This document shows positions 61,910 to 64,000 of a stretch of DNA of 64,000 bases, piece by piece. How positions within the stretch are numbered: the stretch's first letter is position 1; each line of letters opens with the position of its first letter. The notes under the pieces were generated by a model that was given only the letters and a program-made list of their open reading frames with translations, was not told the DNA's origin and did no database searches. Position numbers and translations under genes: made by a program. This stretch comes from Ignavibacteriota bacterium. GTDB lineage: Bacteria; Bacteroidota; Ignavibacteria; UBA10030. Location of the stretch: contig OY969585.1 in the NCBI GenBank assembly GCA_963701295.1, positions 1,088,001 through 1,152,000 on the forward strand, read 5' to 3'.

Positions 61910-62161
61910 ACGTGGGTAATTGAAATTTTCTTCCGAGTTTGTGAACTACCTGTTTATGTTTATTGACACAATACAACGAGCTATTCATAAAGCCAATCCA
62001 AAATATTATTATCTACAATTTTAACAAATTCAGATGAATTAAGTATAACACTACGATATTCCGTTAATTTCCTAGTTCTAAGCAATTGGGCTTTAGCGTT
62101 AATTATAATCTTTAATTTGGGTTTGGGAATATATATAGCGTGTTGTGATAGTGAATACACT

Positions 62162-64000
62162 ATGAAAAATAAAATAGCATCCTTCTTCGATTATTCATTT
62201 ATAGGGATCACTTACGCCTTAATATTTGCGACAATTTATGGATTGTTCAACCTCAGCATTTTATTTTTTATTGTGTTCGTGATCTATTTGGTTAAAAATA
62301 TTTTCCTCGATGATTTTAACTCTGATATATTCCGTTATACGTGGTTTGATTTAGCGATTCTATTGGTTGCTGTTGCAGAGGGAGTAAGCTATATCGCCTC
62401 AACTTATCATGAGAACAGCTTTTACAGTGTTGCCGATATTTCTTTTTTTATTCTTTTCTATTATTGGGTAAGATTTAATCTAAAGTACGATTATCAGCGA
62501 AGAGCAATATTTTTATTTATAACGGTTCTAGGAGTATATTTATTTTTAGACGGCATGTTGACATTTCTTTCGGGTTACTCTCAAATGAAGTCGGCTGGTT
62601 TAAACGACTTTAATGAGTTCAGGCACCTCCTTTCTTTTGGCTCACCAGTTGGCACACCAACTGCAGAATGGAGTACAATTTATCTCGCATGCCTGCCGTT
62701 TTCATTAATACTATTTTTTACAAAATTCAAAAAGGATAAACGGGAATCATTGCTTTTATTGATTCCGGCAATCTTTATTTTAACAATCCCTGTGATTTCG
62801 TGTTTCAGGGGAATGTATTTTGCTATTGCATCTTTTGCACTCTTTGGAAGCGCTTTATTCCTATTGTATAAACTATCTTCCTTTAGGAAAGTTCTTCTGT
62901 TTAATTCGTTATTTTTCTTTTCGATAGGATTGGTTGTTGTCATATCACCTTTCTTCAAACCTGTATTGACAACTATTTCTATGTTTCAAACTATGTCACA
63001 AGTCCGTAGTTTTGAAGGCAGGAAAAGTCTTTGGAAAACAGGTATCGAGATGATAAAGGATCATCCACTCACAGGAATTGGCTCTAACAATTTTCCAATA
63101 AAGTATTTCTCGTATAAAGATCAAAAAGATAACACACCTTATGCAGGCAGAGTTTTTAACACATTTTTGCAGATTACGATCGAAAAAGGATTGATCGGTT
63201 TGTTTGCGTTTGACATTTTAATAATTGCATTCTTCTTTGTTTCTCACCGAAAGATTAAATTATTAACCGATAATTGGGACCAAAAGGCTACTGTCGTTTT
63301 ATTTATGAGCGCGTTTACAGCAATCATTATAAGAGATTTAAGTTATTCTTCTATATTTTATAATAGAGGGGCAGATCTGCTCATTTGGTTTATGTTTGCT
63401 GACAATGCTCAAGTGCCCAATAATAAAATTTCTTCAGATTCTAGTTGTCGCAAAAAAGCAATCTTACTCTTTCCAGTTCTTATTGGCTCAATTATATTCT
63501 TGCCAATTGCGTTGAATTCTATTCAAAAAGGGAAAGCAGAAAGTCAACTTCTTTCATTTATCGAACAATTAAATCATAAAAAATCTGTTGATGCTCAACA
63601 GAACATCGAATCTGCAATTCAGTTATGTCCAGAGAATGCCTATTATAGAGCCTGCCGAGGATTGTTATCGGATAGAATGATAAATAACAAGTTCAATGTC
63701 GAAGAGTATCTTGAAAATAAATCGTTGTTGACCAAGGCAGACAAAGAGCAGATTAAGATAGGGATTACGTCTTATAATAAAGCGTTAGAGTTAAATCCGA
63801 CTGATGATGAATTCTATCATAATCTTGGATGGTTATATATTATCAATCAAGATGAGAAGCAGGCTGAATATTGTTTACATCAATCAATTCAAATAGACAA
63901 TAATGCGGCAATTCCTCATATCAGTTTAGGGATCTTAAAAGAAAGAAATGGCGAGAAGGACAGTGCTCTAACAGAATATAGTACTGCTATTTGTAGGCTT
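62162..64000 (+). CDS. O-antigen-ligase (Wzy_C)-like membrane protein with C-terminal TPRs, 3' end outside window
   Basis: Manual translation: MKNKIASFF...GRKSLWKTGIEMIKDHPLTGIGSNNF...FNTFLQITIEKGLIG...YNKALELNPTDDEFYHNLGWLY. Confidence 0.85.
   Translation, partial: MKNKIASFFDYSFIGITYALIFATIYGLFNLSILFFIVFVIYLVKNIFLDDFNSDIFRYTWFDLAILLVAVAEGVSYIASTYHENSFYSVADISFFILFYYWVRFNLKYDYQRRAIFLFITVLGVYLFLDGMLTFLSGYSQMKSAGLNDFNEFRHLLSFGSPVGTPTAEWSTIYLACLPFSLILFFTKFKKDKRESLLLLIPAIFILTIPVISCFRGMYFAIASFALFGSALFLLYKLSSFRKVLLFNSLFFFSIGLVVVISPFFKPVLTTISMFQTMSQVRSFEGRKSLWKTGIEMIKDHPLTGIGSNNFPIKYFSYKDQKDNTPYAGRVFNTFLQITIEKGLIGLFAFDILIIAFFFVSHRKIKLLTDNWDQKATVVLFMSAFTAIIIRDLSYSSIFYNRGADLLIWFMFADNAQVPNNKISSDSSCRKKAILLFPVLIGSIIFLPIALNSIQKGKAESQLLSFIEQLNHKKSVDAQQNIESAIQLCPENAYYRACRGLLSDRMINNKFNVEEYLENKSLLTKADKEQIKIGITSYNKALELNPTDDEFYHNLGWLYIINQDEKQAEYCLHQSIQIDNNAAIPHISLGILKERNGEKDSALTEYSTAICRL

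Noticed and set aside
62680-62958. 92-aa minus-strand ORF
   Set aside because: Shadow of the open plus-strand Wzy_C/TPR gene.

Overview
Chromosomal window from an Ignavibacteria/Chlorobi-like (FCB group) bacterium. The assignment is inferred from T9SS-type C-terminal domains (QNYPNPF), a Bacteroidota-type RpoZ, sigma70 TTGACA/TATAAT promoters and Shine-Dalgarno use. The core is housekeeping: an ArgR-controlled arg operon, dnaB, udg, coaBC, rpoZ, gmk, yicC, rqcH and glnS. Three parts stand out. (1) At 0-6.5 kb, a CI/LexA-like autocleaving repressor faces an archaeal-type iRadA-small partner-PolB2 operon, with two copies of a candidate operator ACGACA-N4-TGTCRT in the divergent promoters; a TcmP/DUF5131 pair lies downstream of the repressor. 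(2) At about 41.4-41.5 kb, a helically phased DnaA-box array sits where gene orientation flips (candidate oriC). (3) From 57.2 kb to the window end, an AT-rich island is built around an unannotated 48-aa, charge-free, Cys/Gly-Gly peptide with a structured leader RNA. It also encodes a stand-alone membrane-anchored C39 peptidase, a thioredoxin, an ABC exporter, a Yip1 protein and an O-antigen-ligase/TPR protein, and is a candidate new RiPP/bacteriocin-like system. Three frameshifts share the context CAG[G]T and are probably sequencing artefacts. All family calls come from motif recognition; no database searches were run.
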